This document shows positions 13,891 to 34,200 of a DNA stretch of 64,000 bases, in pieces. The notes beneath the pieces were generated by a model, which saw only the letters and a list, made by a program, of their open reading frames with translations, had not been told where the DNA came from and did no database searches. A program made the translations under genes and the position numbers. The stretch covers positions 5,679,102 through 5,743,101 of the forward strand of contig NW_002060944.1 in assembly GCF_000150275.1 (NCBI RefSeq). Direction: 5' to 3'. The stretch is from Trichoplax adhaerens (Eukaryota; Animalia; Placozoa). Positions within the stretch are counted from its first letter, which is position 1. Each line of letters starts with the position of its first letter.

Positions 13891-14947
13891 CTAAATCACA
13901 AGTTAACGTAAGTTTGGCAAACGAATTTATATTATTGATTATTACAATATAGGTGACTAAGTTGAATAATTTTAATATGAAATTCAGTCTTATGTTTGAA
14001 TTAAACGACGAAAACATAGATTATAGCCGGATATAACTTAATATAGAATGAGATTCAACGTACAGTACAATAATTGTAGCCGGAGAGTAAAATACACTTA
14101 AATTTATTAAATGCAATATTTATTTTTTACGTAGATTGGCAAAGGCCTCCTGGAAATCAATATACAAAACATTACATATTTAATGATACTCGTTTGCTTC
14201 GTTATTGCATCATACCTGCAAGTATTTATAAATTAAGATCAATATCAATAAAATAACTATACGACCACGTATTATTATTGAGATGAAAAGTACAGGTATA
14301 GTAATAACAATACTTAATGTGCCTTGAACACGTATACAACTATGTTGTGTGAGTGAGTCATATATAAAGTACCGATTTAAAATTTCAATTAGCGCACAAC
14401 AACTTGAACTAGAAAAATGTTCGTTTTGATACTCGTATTTATAAAAATTATAACACAATTTTATATCCAGCCACATATAAATGGCTGTTTAAAAATTTTC
14501 AATATAGTTGTACGGATATTTCATATATGATTTTACAGAGTACGGTGGTATATCGAGATAATAAAATTTGTTGAGCATTGATATAGGTATTAGTCCAAGT
14601 AGTAACTTCGATAGTCTTTCAATACTGTAACAAGTGCCCCAGATATTTAAACGTTAATTACCATTGTACCATTGTAATTTGCAAGTACTGTAGTCAAAAT
14701 AGCTTTAAATAACTTGAATATTTATAGTATAACAGTAATGTCCTTACGGCAATCATCTCTAATGCGACTACATGAACTAAGATTGACTAAAATGCAAATA
14801 TAGAAATAAATATTTTACAATTAATACTATAGCAGAAATAGTAGCTCATACCCAGTACTTATATTAGAAAGAGAAATTAAGCTATTTCCCTTGAAAGCCA
14901 CGTACAAGCAGAGTAAATAGCATCTCATTTCGCATGAATCGGTAGAT

Positions 14948-17900
14948 TTAATAATATTGCGCATGGTGTAACAGCTGCAATAATCTCTCTCCGTCAAGTT
15001 GTCTATAATGTGTACTCTCAGAGTCTCTGGTTATAACATCTTGAAGTTCTTCAATTTCACTTTTTAATTTACTTTTCAACTTTCTACGCATGTCATCTAC
15101 AAGCTAAAGCAACACATGGCAAAGTTTCAATCATTAAATATCAAAGTAATGATAATATCGTATTTTAAAAATAACCGATTCAATACTGAATATTTAAACT
15201 AAGACTTACTCTATTGTGCTCCTTCTCTTTGATTTTTAATTCATCCTTTTGGCGAGAAACTTTCTCTGATAGCATAGCAAATTGATCACGATAACTACGT
15301 AACATTAGAACAGAGGCATAATTTAATAATTACAGCAATGAAATGAATACTATCATGTAATCACAAGTATTACTAATTTTCGAGAGATTCCAATTCATTC
15401 CTTCGTTGCTTCGCATGAATTTCCCTTTGCTCTTTCGTATACTTTGTCATATATTGAAGATATTCTTTCTGTATCTTCAAAGCTTCTTCAAATGTATCTT
15501 TAAATATCTGTGTGAAGCGAAAGTAATGTAGTAAAATATCCAATTTTTCAGTTAGTTCATAAGAGCTAGGATAATCATTTGAAAAGAGAATGACATTACA
15601 GGAACGCGAATTAGCATTGGCTACAGTAATGCATAGAATAATACCTTTTCTTCTTTTGTTCTTCTTTTTTGCATTTTTGCTCTATGATTTACAACATAGT
15701 CCTGGTAGTAACGACGAGCAAGAGCTGATGATATCCGATTGTTATGAATTTGTGATTTCATTGCTTGTTCACTACGACACCTTTCCTTATAATCGCGCTA
15801 ATTTTTAATCATAATTTCTAGATTAGATTTGCACAACCTATAGATATTTATTCAAAAGAAAAGATTGCTTATGAACTATTTACCAGTCTACGATTAAGGC
15901 GGATGTCTTTCTTCATAATATTAACCATCGCTTGCTGTTTCTTCTGCGCTTCTATTATCTGAGCCTATGAATCACATGAGTGATAAATTATCATAAGTGT
16001 CGATTCGAGTGCACTCATCACAGAAACAAATAACTTAACATTTATTAAATTACTAGCTTTGATATATCTCTCTTACTCTAGTTTCCGGATGCATATAGCC
16101 CCCTTTTAATTCACGCTCACTCTCTAATTGAAAGTTGTAATGGTGAAGTTGCTTCTCCCTCAATACCTTCTTAGTGTTCGAGGATACTGATGAATGAGGG
16201 AGTTCGCTTTCGACTCTTGACATTACTTTTTTATCAGGCAACGATACTAATCCCATACAGTCAAAGCAATTAAGAGATAAGAAAGCATAGCAGAGATCAG
16301 ATACCAAGTTAAATAATTCATCCGTCATTATGGCTACTATATTAATCTACTATAAATACCGTTTAATTTCTCCTTCCGGAATTTCCCTTGACGGCCGCCG
16401 AGTGAGCTTGGATAGACAGAAGCTTTGCTTGTATAAATAGTTTCAGTACTTGGTGTCAGATTTTGACGAGAGACTAGAGTCCCTTTGCCTTAAGTAAAGA
16501 TACAGAATATAGACATCAAATACATACAATTTGTATCTTCGTTAAATTTACTATCCTGTCCATGTTTCATTAAAAATCTGATTTATTAATGTCAAGTAAA
16601 ATATTAATAATTATAACAGAAAATTTTTAATGTTGCATTGTAATGATGTACTTTTTGGGTGATGTTTCTGCTTCTTCTTGTTCTTATCGTTTTTATTTTT
16701 AAATGCTACCTACAATTCATGATACAGAATAAAAATTTAAGAGAATTAACAAGCAATTAAGTAACTCTTCAAAAAATATTGTAGTAATATACCTTCTTCG
16801 TTGCAGTAATTTCTTCTTTTCTTTCTAATGATAAATCTTCCAGCTCATGCTGATAAGAAGACTTTAGCAGTTCAAGACATAATCTTTCTATCTGCTTTTC
16901 TCTCTCTAACTGCCGCTGGACTTCCTTAGTTTGTAACACATTCCTATTCCTTATTTTCTGTATCAAATCTTTTGCGGTCTCATCATTAATATCCCTTCTT
17001 TTACTTTGCTTACGAGTAGGACCACTCTTTACCTCATCATAACGATACTTTCGATCAACAATTTTAGTGTTATTAGTGTTGGAGAAATATTTCTCTTCAT
17101 TACTCAAGCTTCCATCGAATTCTTCCAAACTACGATCTCTTACGTAGTCAGCAAATCTTACAGATGGGTTTCTACTATAGGAATCTACTAAAGGCTCCTC
17201 TGTAGAAATAGGTTGACTAGGAAATGTAGATCTTTGCTCTCGTAAGTTTCTAAAACAAATAAAGCACATTAACGTCAACCTATATTTGGAAACCTAAATA
17301 GCGTACTAAAAGTACATTAAGAATAGCCGATACCTTAAAGTTTCCTTTAATTGAGCATATTTGTCTTGATTCAATTCTGCATTGTTGCCAACTTCATTTG
17401 GATTTGTCTAAAGAAATATAAAAAGGATAGAATGACTTAGCAATTAAGATTGATTTGCTGAATTGATACTTTCAGCCTTGATATACCACATATCTAGAAA
17501 ATAACACATTTTAGTAAATAACCTCTGAATAATCGTCACTACATGATGCTTTTTCAGAAATATTCGTTATATTATTCTTAAGATCTTTAATGTCGATTTC
17601 TAAATTTTGATATCTTTTCTTCGAGTCATTCTTTTCAATTAATGCATTACGATAGTTTTCAGTTTTATAAAGCTTAGTGTCCGCTGTTGCCAATTTCTTA
17701 TATCGATTGTTGTCAGTCGTATTTAAATGCGACGAGTCATGATTCTTAGAGCTTAATTCACTACTCGATTCGAAGATACTGTTACGTTGAACTTCGTCAC
17801 CAGAATTAGCATTTTTGGACTGATAATCTTTTAACTCTTTCGTTTCTGGTGGCGGCTTAGTTTCTGTTAGTAGCATGTCGCTGTAGTCGTTCTTATTCTT

Positions 17901-20064
17901 GGCTAACTGGCTGTCAATCACAGTTTGCCGATACTCATGCTGCCTATCAGTTTTATCTCCAGTATGATGAGAAATCACTGAGGTATATGACGCTTTTTCT
18001 ACTTTATTCCCGTCTGTATTGTCCAATCGTGTCAATCTTTCATCATCTCCAAAGGACTTATTATTACTTATACGATTACTGATAGAACCCTTTTCACAAG
18101 ATTTGTCACCATCCATTAACCCTCCTAATTTAGCACCCACTGGATTGGCATTGTCGTATTTATTTTCAATAGATTTACTCCAGTTTTCCCTTATAAAGAA
18201 TATTATTAAGTAATAATTAAGGATTCAGAATAAATAAATAGGTAAATAAATTAAAAAGTGTTTTTAAGTAGATAAAATTAGTTACCCTACCTTTGAATAT
18301 TTATAGCTGTTTCGATTTTTTCATCAAGAGAATTACTTTCAGAGCTTTCTGGAGTTAATGAATGACTGGATAAGCTTGATTGTAAAATTAAATCTGAATC
18401 ATTCTGTGATGATAACAAGCTATAATATTCGTCAAGGACCTGAAAATCATCCAATTTTCTGGCTTTATCATCGTAATCTCCTGATATTTTATTAATTTTC
18501 TTCCTATTTACTTTGTGATGTGCTATGTCTAGCTTAGGAGTTGTCACATTATCAACCTCCTGTCTTAAATCATCATCATTTAAACTATCTGTAGATGAAA
18601 TGGCATCGTTGGCTACAGCCACCTGGGCAATTAAATCGTATGTTGAGTCAGAATCGCTGGAGTCTTGATCGGATGTCACACTTTCGCGGAGATAATGTTT
18701 ACGAAAGATTTTTGTGTGAAACTTACTGCTTGCTGCCTTTGATGTATCCGAACTATTAGACCGGACATTATCATTCATAAAATCTCTTGAAATAAGCTTC
18801 TGATTGATATTTTCTTTTTCAAAGTCACTACTGTCGTTTTCTAATTCCTGTTCTATAACGGTCTTAATGATCGATTTTCCAATATCATCCAAGCCATTAG
18901 AGTCTACACTTTCGGTATCACTATCAAAATCTATACCTATAAATTATCATTTATTGATAACGGATTGTTATAATGTAGTAATAGGTTAAGGGTATAGATA
19001 TTTTTATGTCTACAAGTATAAAATCTTAGCTTTACTCACTAATCAATTATACAAGAGAAGAAATTTATTGATAGTATGGTATCTTTATAGTAATAACAGT
19101 GAAAAAATAGTTTCAACTTGCGCTAACCTTCGATACTGTGAGGTTTTTTCCAATCTAAGTAACATTCTTTAAGTCCAAAATATATTTCGAGAAGAAACTG
19201 TACGCGAGTTAGGCTACCTCTAGCGATTTCTTCACCGGAAATATGTGATAAATCAGTTTTTAAGATATCTTTCGCCAATGAATCGATAAGCAATTGGCAG
19301 TTATGAATGCGATCTTGTAATCCTGAAGGGTACTGAATATAATCTATTGCAGAGATTATGAAGTGACGTTTAGATGTGTTGAATGACACTACGTAATCTT
19401 ATCCGCTGAATTCATATAGTTTAATAGGTTGTATTACACGTTAGTAATATTTTTCTCACATCTAATTTGTACTATCATGTATCACTGAGTATAAAGTGCT
19501 ACAAGCATAGCAAAAATTAGTGTAAAATATCACGTGTAGTTCTATAGTTTATTTTAATACTCTGACTATATTGCATATGATATCCTTTTAACATATTGTC
19601 GTGTATGTATATTGGTTTTCCTAATAACTCAGGGCTAACCTGGCGGTAATCTATGAAAAAGGCCACGATATATATCCGCAAAGACTTCCACTGTGCATTC
19701 AGCTAAATGTTGAATTCTTATTTTGGATCCACAACGTTTCAACAGTTGATTAGTCACATCGATGTAATCTAAAATAGTTTATCATAATATGGCTAAGTTA
19801 TGTGCATGCTATCTAATTATTTTAGGAATTATCTGAATTGCGACAATCCGTATCAACAGTTGTAAAATATTGAAATTAATTTCATTTTAAATAATATCAT
19901 ATTTTTTCCTTTTATCCTATTCAAGCAATATCAGTCGAGGATATCATAATACCAACTGTATAATTACTGTGCAATTCATGTTGCTATTGTAATGCCCTTA
20001 AGTTTATCTATCTTATGAAGATTGAAATTGTTAGACACCTACCAAGATTTGGTATGAGATCCAT
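14948..20064 (-). CDS. CEP95: Centrosomal protein CEP95 (CCDC45) ortholog
   Basis: N-terminal exons 19640-19768 and 19128-19343 encode 'YIDVTNQLLKRCGSKIRIQHLAECTVEVFADIY...HNCQLLIDSLAKDILKTDLSHISGEEIARG...FLLEIYFGL', matching the CEP95 N-terminal domain. A long S/D/K-rich low-complexity middle follows (18291-18930, 17523-18189, 16792-17248). The C-terminal coiled coil reads 'ELESLENYYRDQFAMLSE...EIEELQDVITRD...', with stop TAA at 14948-14950. The first exon 20043-20064 (MDLIPNL, donor GTAGGT) is tentative. Confidence 0.85.
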
Positions 20065-20390
20065 AAATTCTTATTACTACTGCAACCCTTCTTGTTTTAA
20101 CCAATACACTTGTAGACCAACTTTTTATACAAATATCTATATTATAGCTGAGAAAATACAACCATTTACGTTTATTGCAAAGTAAATATGATCACGCGAG
20201 TGTATGACATCATTTAGAGTGTCAATAATTTTGAGAAGACATCGAAATTTTGATCATTTGATAGAAATTGTATGACACTATTTACATATTAGTCTAAATG
20301 GTCAATTTTAAACCTTGAATTTTTAGCTCAAGTCTACCTTACGAACTAGATAGGTAGCTCGTATAGATGGTGCAAGGGTATTTTATTTTA

Positions 20391-21040
20391 TAGCCTGTGT
20401 CAACTTTACTTTTTTAATTTGATTTAGGTACTGCAGTCTGCAAATGAAAACAAAATACAAGTACAGTATAAACGCGTCTAAATTGTGCCAACTTTATAGT
20501 TTTAATTTGATTTAGGTACTGTAGTCAAGTCGTGCAAATGAAAAGAAAATACAAGTGTATATGCGTATCTATTGTATCTTATAGCCTGTGCCAACTTTAT
20601 TTTGAAATTGATTTAGGTACTGCAGTCTGCAAATGAAAACAAAATACAAGTACAGTATAAACGCGTCTAAATTGTGCCAACTTTATAGTTTTAATTAGAT
20701 TTAAGTACTGTAGTCAAGTCGTGCAAATGAAAAGAAAATACAAGTGTATATGCGTATCTATAGTATCTTAAAGCCTGTGTCAACTTTATTTTGAAATTGA
20801 TTTAGGTACTGCAGTCTGCAAATGAAAACAAAATACAAGTACAGTATAAACGCGTCTAAATTGTGCCAACTTGATATTTTTAATTAGATTTAGGTACTGT
20901 AGTCAAGTCGTGCAAATGAAAAGAAAATACAAGTGTATATGCGTGTCTATTCTATCTTACAGCCTGTGCCAACTTTATTTTGAAATTGATTTAGCTACTG
21001 CAGTCCAATCCTGCAAACGAAAACAAAATACAAGTATACG
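20391..21040. repeat. Higher-order tandem repeat: ~189-191 bp dimer (two related ~90-100 bp monomers) x ~3.4
   Basis: 'agcctgtg' starts at 20392, 20583, 20772 and 20961. Each monomer has the form 'tgtg(c/t)caactt...gatttaggtactg(c/t)agtc...tgcaaatgaaaa(c/g)aaaatacaagt', and two variants alternate. Confidence 0.93.
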
Positions 21041-21784
21041 TCGTCCATTGGTCATTAAATTATCTGATCAAGCTTGATGTAAATTGATAGTAATCCATTA
21101 CTAATTTGCACCATAATCCAGTCGTACAGCACTGCATATCAGTTAATAGAATATTGTATAAGTTACCGGTTATTGAAAATGAAAGTAATTGATTAATTTA
21201 GTATAACTGGATTCAGGTTGATTACTGTAAGGGTATACGTGTCAGGTACATAGCATAGGAACAGATTGGGCAGTTTATCTGTGAAAGGATGGATCTCAAT
21301 CTACGTACAGCATAACGTAAAATGGAAAATGGAAATAGTATCATCATGACGGTTATTGCACTACAAGGATTGAAATGGATAGTTTTAGACATTTTGTCCA
21401 TGTTTCTATTTTACGATCGTCAAGCTATTGACATCTTCAAATAATAATTGATGAATTAATAGTATTATCAGAGCACCGGTAGCTTTGCAAACAATGTTTG
21501 CCCTTTGCTTGCATTGGCATGACACCGAATTGACTGAATAATACATCATTTTCACCTATCCATCCTATTGCCTATATCAAGTGCTTACCCCAATAATGGG
21601 AAATGACTGTTAATTTTCGACAGCAGTGTTGAAGGTTAAGGCTGACAAGGGATCCACATAACCAGAGAGGTCAGTAAAGGGAAATCAGATTGGATCCTAC
21701 GGTTAGGCTAACTTGACTTGGCTGGCCTTGCAAAAATTCAAAAGCGAAAGGCAACGTTCGTTTGCAGTCCAATTTTGAGTTGAG

Positions 21785-22895
21785 GTACAGTATACCGTAC
21801 AGCACAACTTGAGTTCGTACTGAAGTCAGTACAGTACGCCGTAGCGTGACTACTGTACAGTGTACAGTACTGTAGTTTAAAAGTCCATTTTCTTCTTTAC
21901 TGTACAGTACTTTACTTACAGTATACTGTACTGTACACTGTACTGTACACTGTATTGCGCTAGAGCAGAAGTCACATGACTTTGTCCTGTCATACAGTAC
22001 TGTACAGTACAGTGTACAGTACAGAAGAGTGCTAACTTCCCAGTCCTGTACTGTACAGTACTGTAGATTTCTAGCAGTCCTGTCCTGGTCTTAAGTGTAC
22101 ATACAGTACAGTACTGTACTGTAATGTACTGTACATTGTGCTATCTTACCGTTGCATCTACTGTACAGTACAGTACAGTACAGTACCGTGACAGCTCCGT
22201 ACTGTACTGTAATGTACAGTACTGTAGATTTCTAGCTGTCCTGTCCTGGTCTTCTAAATAAGTGTACTGTACAGTACTGTAATACAAATTTGCTACAGTA
22301 CGGAAGAGTGCTAACTTCCAGGTACAGTACTGTACATTGTGGTATCTTACCGTTTCATCTACAGTACTGTAGCGATCTTCACCACCACGTCCGCCTTTGA
22401 CTGTGATCTGATTTTTCATTTTTGGTGGGAAAGAAAGTAAAGTGACAACGCTCTATTTCAGCGACTCCGTTCTGCTCAGTCCAAAACCTGGTGATTACTC
22501 ATACCAGTCTTACTTACTAGACACGCCATGGATAACAAGTTTGTGTCATTTCAAACAGCAACATCGTTCTAGTACTGTACTGTACAGTACATTACTACTA
22601 CACAGAAGCAGAGTAACGCTTGATTTGAGTCTCTTTTGACACTGTAAGTCTGCAGCCAATTTCTCAGTGCTGTTAACTCTACTGTCTACTGTATATACAG
22701 TAAATCAATCAATCAATAAATGACTAACAAGACTGGATGGTCTGGTTCCGGTCTACTGTACTGTACAGTGTACAGTACAGTACTGTACAGTATTACAATT
22801 CACTGGAGACTGGAGTGGGCTGTCTACAGTAGTTTGTCTTAGCCTGTACAGTGTACAGTCTACAGTCTACAGTACACAGTACACAGTGGACAGTA
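21785..22895. repeat. Low-complexity palindromic TACTG/CAGTA (ACTGTACAGT) field between divergent CEP95 and SMURF
   Basis: Dozens of tactgtacagt, acagtactgt and tacagtacagt words, densest at 21830-22370 and 22560-22895. Confidence 0.85.
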
Positions 22896-23346
22896 CCCAC
22901 TTGGCTTGGCATCTCATCTTCTCAATAAACACCCTTCAGTTATCAATAACATAATCAGTGACCAATCGCACTTTACTCTTCCACTCAACCGTAGTTTAGC
23001 ACTCACTTCTTGCTGTAGTAAAATGATTCCAATTTTTCTAGTGATCGGTAATCAACGCTTATTACCTCTACTCTAATATAGTATTATGACTACGTATCGT
23101 TTCCAATCGTTATCTACTTACTGCTACCACAAATCGTAACTAAAAACGCCATCAATCCATTTTGCCCATCATTGGGTATCACTGCGCTAGCGTAGTCCAA
23201 CTTCAAGAGACGTTGACGTCGACTGGCTTCCGTAACTTTTTGATTAAGAATATCAAGGAAGAAGAAACACACACAATCGGTGGAAAATTGATTCATTTAT
23301 TGTTGTCTGTCAGTGGCACCGAAGATAGAACAGCGATTTCGCTGAT

Positions 23347-29893
<6,547 letters not shown>

Positions 29894-31259
29894 TCTTTGA
29901 TAAAGTGGTTGTAAAATTCGTAGAAAAGATGCCAACTATAAGTTGGCTGAAACAAGCTCATAGCATAGCTACTGCTACCTTAACTCTATGAGTACGAACA
30001 TTAAAATATTTTGATTTAACCTTGGAACAACACTCGATACCTTGAAGTTATCTACCACTGGAAAGTCAGTCATTTATTGCCATGAGAGTGATTAAATATT
30101 CATGCAAGAATTCAAACGTTACTGTATTTATACAACATTGTTGAATGAATGTTATAATGTAAATTGTACAGCTCTATAACTTTTTACAGCGTTATTGTTC
30201 TTAAAAGAGAATGAAAAAATAATTTAGTCACTGGCGTAATCAACACAGATGATTTTATGAATACAGATGACTCATAACAATGTAATCATTTATAATATAT
30301 ATTACGGTATCTCTATCACTCTAATATAAGAATATTATGTGTACCTTACAATGTATTCTTACGTAAAGAAACTTCCATTTAATGTATGTTTCCATTTACA
30401 CTTGATGAGTGAGATACAGAAAAGAATATAATTATCATACTCGACAAAATATAATTATCCCAGAAGTATAATATGCTATACTTAAATATAATATCGTTTT
30501 TAAAATTTTATATTCACTTCAATTGAAACAATCTGATAAATCGCCACTAGTACAACGGACGAGTTCAGGATAATTGTAAATGCTCGCTTAACAAACTGTT
30601 TCAATCTTTCTTTTATTTGCACCTATATTGAAGAAGTTTATTTGTGACGATTGATATAGATTGCTGTACCCAATAAAAGAAATGATTTTATTATTGATTA
30701 AAAAATAAGAAACCGTAATCAATGACCATATTTATCATTGAACTTACGATTTTATGCTCGCGATGATATCAGTTAAGGACAAAGTTTGCGACATAAATTT
30801 GTAGCTCAAGCATCTCAGTAATCACAGTCTTTCATATACTTTTACGGGTATTCGCAACGAATTGTTTTTAGATTGATCAAATCATATTATAAGTATTCAC
30901 CTACTGTATTTCACATACCTATGCTGCTAATTTAAAAAGTGTCCTGTCGTACCTAGCTATTTCAGATTAATAGACACCCTAGTTGTAATTTACTGCATTT
31001 ATGAATTTTAAATATATTTTTTGAATGATGACAAGTTTGGAAGCAGCTTTAATGCAATATTCTAATTTATTCAATGAAAATTCACAAGCCTAGATCCTAT
31101 TTATTACATTATAATCAAACACAAAATAATCGTTATGATATATAGTTATATGTACGCTTACTTTAGATACGATTCTTTACTTATTTACTAGGTAGTAGAT
31201 GCAATGCTCTCAGTGATACGTTTGTGTACAACAATAAATTCGCTATTGGGAGAAAAACA

Positions 31260-34200
31260 TTAGCTTGGCAACTCTTCCTTAACCGAAATTTGCTGTTTAA
31301 TTTTATTCAACATTGCCATCGAAGCTGCAAGCATGTGATCTGAAATCATGGTGCTTTCAACCTTTATAACATTAAAGTTTTCCGGATAATTCCAATAGGC
31401 ATGGTACTGGTCAGTATTATATTGACTGAAATTAATGAAAAGAATATCTGTTTAGGTTTACGTGCCTATTAATTCATTCATTATACAGTTGTACAGTAAT
31501 TCCTAGTTAAACAAAACGTAGTGCTACGGTATTTAGCTCTAATGAGAAGCTTGAAGTCATCAAGAAAGAGAAATCAATGTTTTCCTTTGAAAATTCTAAG
31601 TATTAAATATGTAGCAGACTTAGCTAAACAACTATAATATCTCCTAGTAGAATAATTTCATTCGTACACGTCAAAATAAAATGAAATTATTGTGTCTCTT
31701 TTACAACAGCAGATACATCAATCTTTTTTTATGTAACACTGTACTGTATACGTTGAAAATGTTTCCTATGGCTTCTCAGCTAATTCTATGAGAAGTCTGG
31801 AATTTTTTCAATTTGGGGTAGTGTTCTGTTAATTTACACTCCGTCTAACTAGAACATTTTTTGTAGCTGCAGTTAGCGTAGTGAAAAGCGTCGGACGTTT
31901 CACTTTGGCGATCTAAAACAGTTTACTGTCAGCAATTTACAGTGTCACATATCCCTGAAGTACAAAATCAATAGTGGAATTTGCCAGCGACCAGTTTCTA
32001 ATAGGTTTCTTTCTAGAGGTCCGTGAGTTTGCTAGGATAAAACTGACTCTGAATTAAGTTAGTCGTCCTTGTAGTAAATTTCACTATCGACTTTGTACCT
32101 CAGTGAATTATTCATAACATACTAGCAGTAAATGCCGGCTACAATAATATACAGCAATGGATCTGGCATATCATAGCAGGATTGCAACCTTCATTTCTAT
32201 ATCACATACTCGTCTGAGTTTATTGTCGTAGAATTCACTTATTTACTCGCTCACTCACTCAGTAGTTTTGAGTTTACTGTCGTATAATTGTAGAGTATCT
32301 CATAACAATATAGAAGTACATCTATCATGGAGCCAATGGCCTTCATTTCTTAGTCATAGGCTTTACTCCATTTTCAACGCTATCCATAAAGAGCTCCAAC
32401 TAGTTCTGACACTACTGATACACCCCTACAACGTCATACTGTACTCTACTCTGCTCTACTTGAAGGAGAAACAGTAGCTACAGTACCACGAAACGTAGCC
32501 GGCATACTGAAATACTGTATAGTAGTTTCAGTGGCGACATTTTTTCACAAGGAAGTAAAAATTCTGAAGAAAATATAAGCTAAAAGACAATTTTGGATTC
32601 CATTTCTATGAATTGCTTTAGTAAACTATTCCTACTTGTTTGTAGTCTCTTTTACTAAGTGGACAATCCGACCAGGTAGATACAGTTTAGCGGATACTAA
32701 TGTCTTGACGTTAAATTCATTGAAAAAATCTTCGTCGTCCTCATCTTGGGTAATGAGAGGTAAAATGGATTTCTTTTCTTCTTTTCCCGGATCATCAATA
32801 TCTTCATTTGTATCTGCAACTTCTACATTGACCTCACGATCTTCTCTGTCTTGTGACATATAATTGGAGCAACAACAGCAGCCGGCCAAAAAGACTTTAT
32901 ACTAGCGGTTATAAAACAATATTATTATTATATTGAAGTGTCTATTAGAACAGCAAGTTCTTATTCTTGGATACTGTAGTAGTATTACTTTATTCATGCT
33001 AGTTGCTCATTGGATCTGTAAATTCAAGTTTACCTTGGGAATTCGACTTGATCGAATAGTCAATAGTAATTTGTTTCTTAAATCTTCCATATTTTGAAGG
33101 CTAACCCTATCAGATTGAATTTTTGAAATAACTCTGTTCAGTGTATTAACCAATGCTGTAGTAAGAAAGCAAAATTCAAACTAGAGAAGATCGGAATTTC
33201 ATCAAGAATCTTACTATTAGACGTAGAAGCGAATAGGCCTTACCTCGTTACTAAATCACATCCTGTGACTACCGAGATGACGAAATCTCGTGCGTATTTT
33301 GAAAGTTCAAGACTACAATAGGCAAAGAAAAAAGGGAGTGCATGTATATGAAATAGGATCAAGTTTGATACCGATTTAAATGATTTACAAGTCGAGTAGT
33401 AATAATTATTGGGACATGTCAATGATTCTCTTAGCTAAATGCTACACCTCTAATTTTTTTCTATCGCATTATGCAACAAATTGCAACGCGATTGAATATT
33501 ATCTTATATCCAAAATAAAATTATTCACAATGCAGCGTAAATGATATAGAACATGCTGGCCATGAGAAGCCGATCATTTGAATTAATTAACAATGTACAG
33601 TACGCGGAAAATAGGACTAGGCCATTGCATACCAGCTCTAAAAGAGGTAGTTAATTTAGATGTCGTCGGTTTCACAGAACTGTAAATCTAAAAAATTTAA
33701 TTCGCAAGGGGAATTATATAATTCACTATTATTGATTACTCTCATGAATGGAATGCGACTAATACATTAGTATGCTGAAATACTGTGTGTACGCTATGGC
33801 ACTACATGCTAACTCCATTTCTAGAGACATTGATAGTAGTAATGGTACATTCAAATATAAATAAATTACCCATGGCTCAATGCCAGGAAATGCGAGTGAT
33901 AGTTAATGACAATGACGGAAATTAAATACTGACTACTTGGTTATATTACATATGCGCATTTCAGTTTCATAGTCGTAATTTACCACTGATAAATAACCTA
34001 CCTAACGAGTCCGCCAGGCGGAGAATACGCAAAACATCGTAGTTTAGGATAATCTGGTTTCATTAAAATGGATAGTATTGCTGCTACACCAGCTCCTAAC
34101 GAATGTCCAACAATAATCAAATCGTAATCCTAATCGTAAATTAAGCAATGTTAGCAATTGATATCGTTCGTCATTTGCTCAATTATTCATTTACTGTTGA

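Noticed and set aside
14210-14476. 88-aa minus-strand ORF
   Set aside because: Lies in the 3' regions between convergent TRPA1 and CEP95, is compositionally AT-driven, and has no splice or homology support.
15590-18989. Plus-strand ORFs 15590-15808, 17006-17191, 18019-18213, 18804-18989
   Set aside because: Antisense shadows of CEP95 exons.
20391-22400. CRISPR-like repeat/spacer appearance
   Set aside because: Eukaryotic intron-rich context and no cas genes. The units are tandem duplicates or low-complexity words rather than identical repeats with unique spacers.
20871-22639. ORFs 20871-21077, 22141-22419 and 22442-22639
   Set aside because: Translations of the tandem repeat and the TACTG field (Y/C/T/V-rich), with no recognisable protein features.
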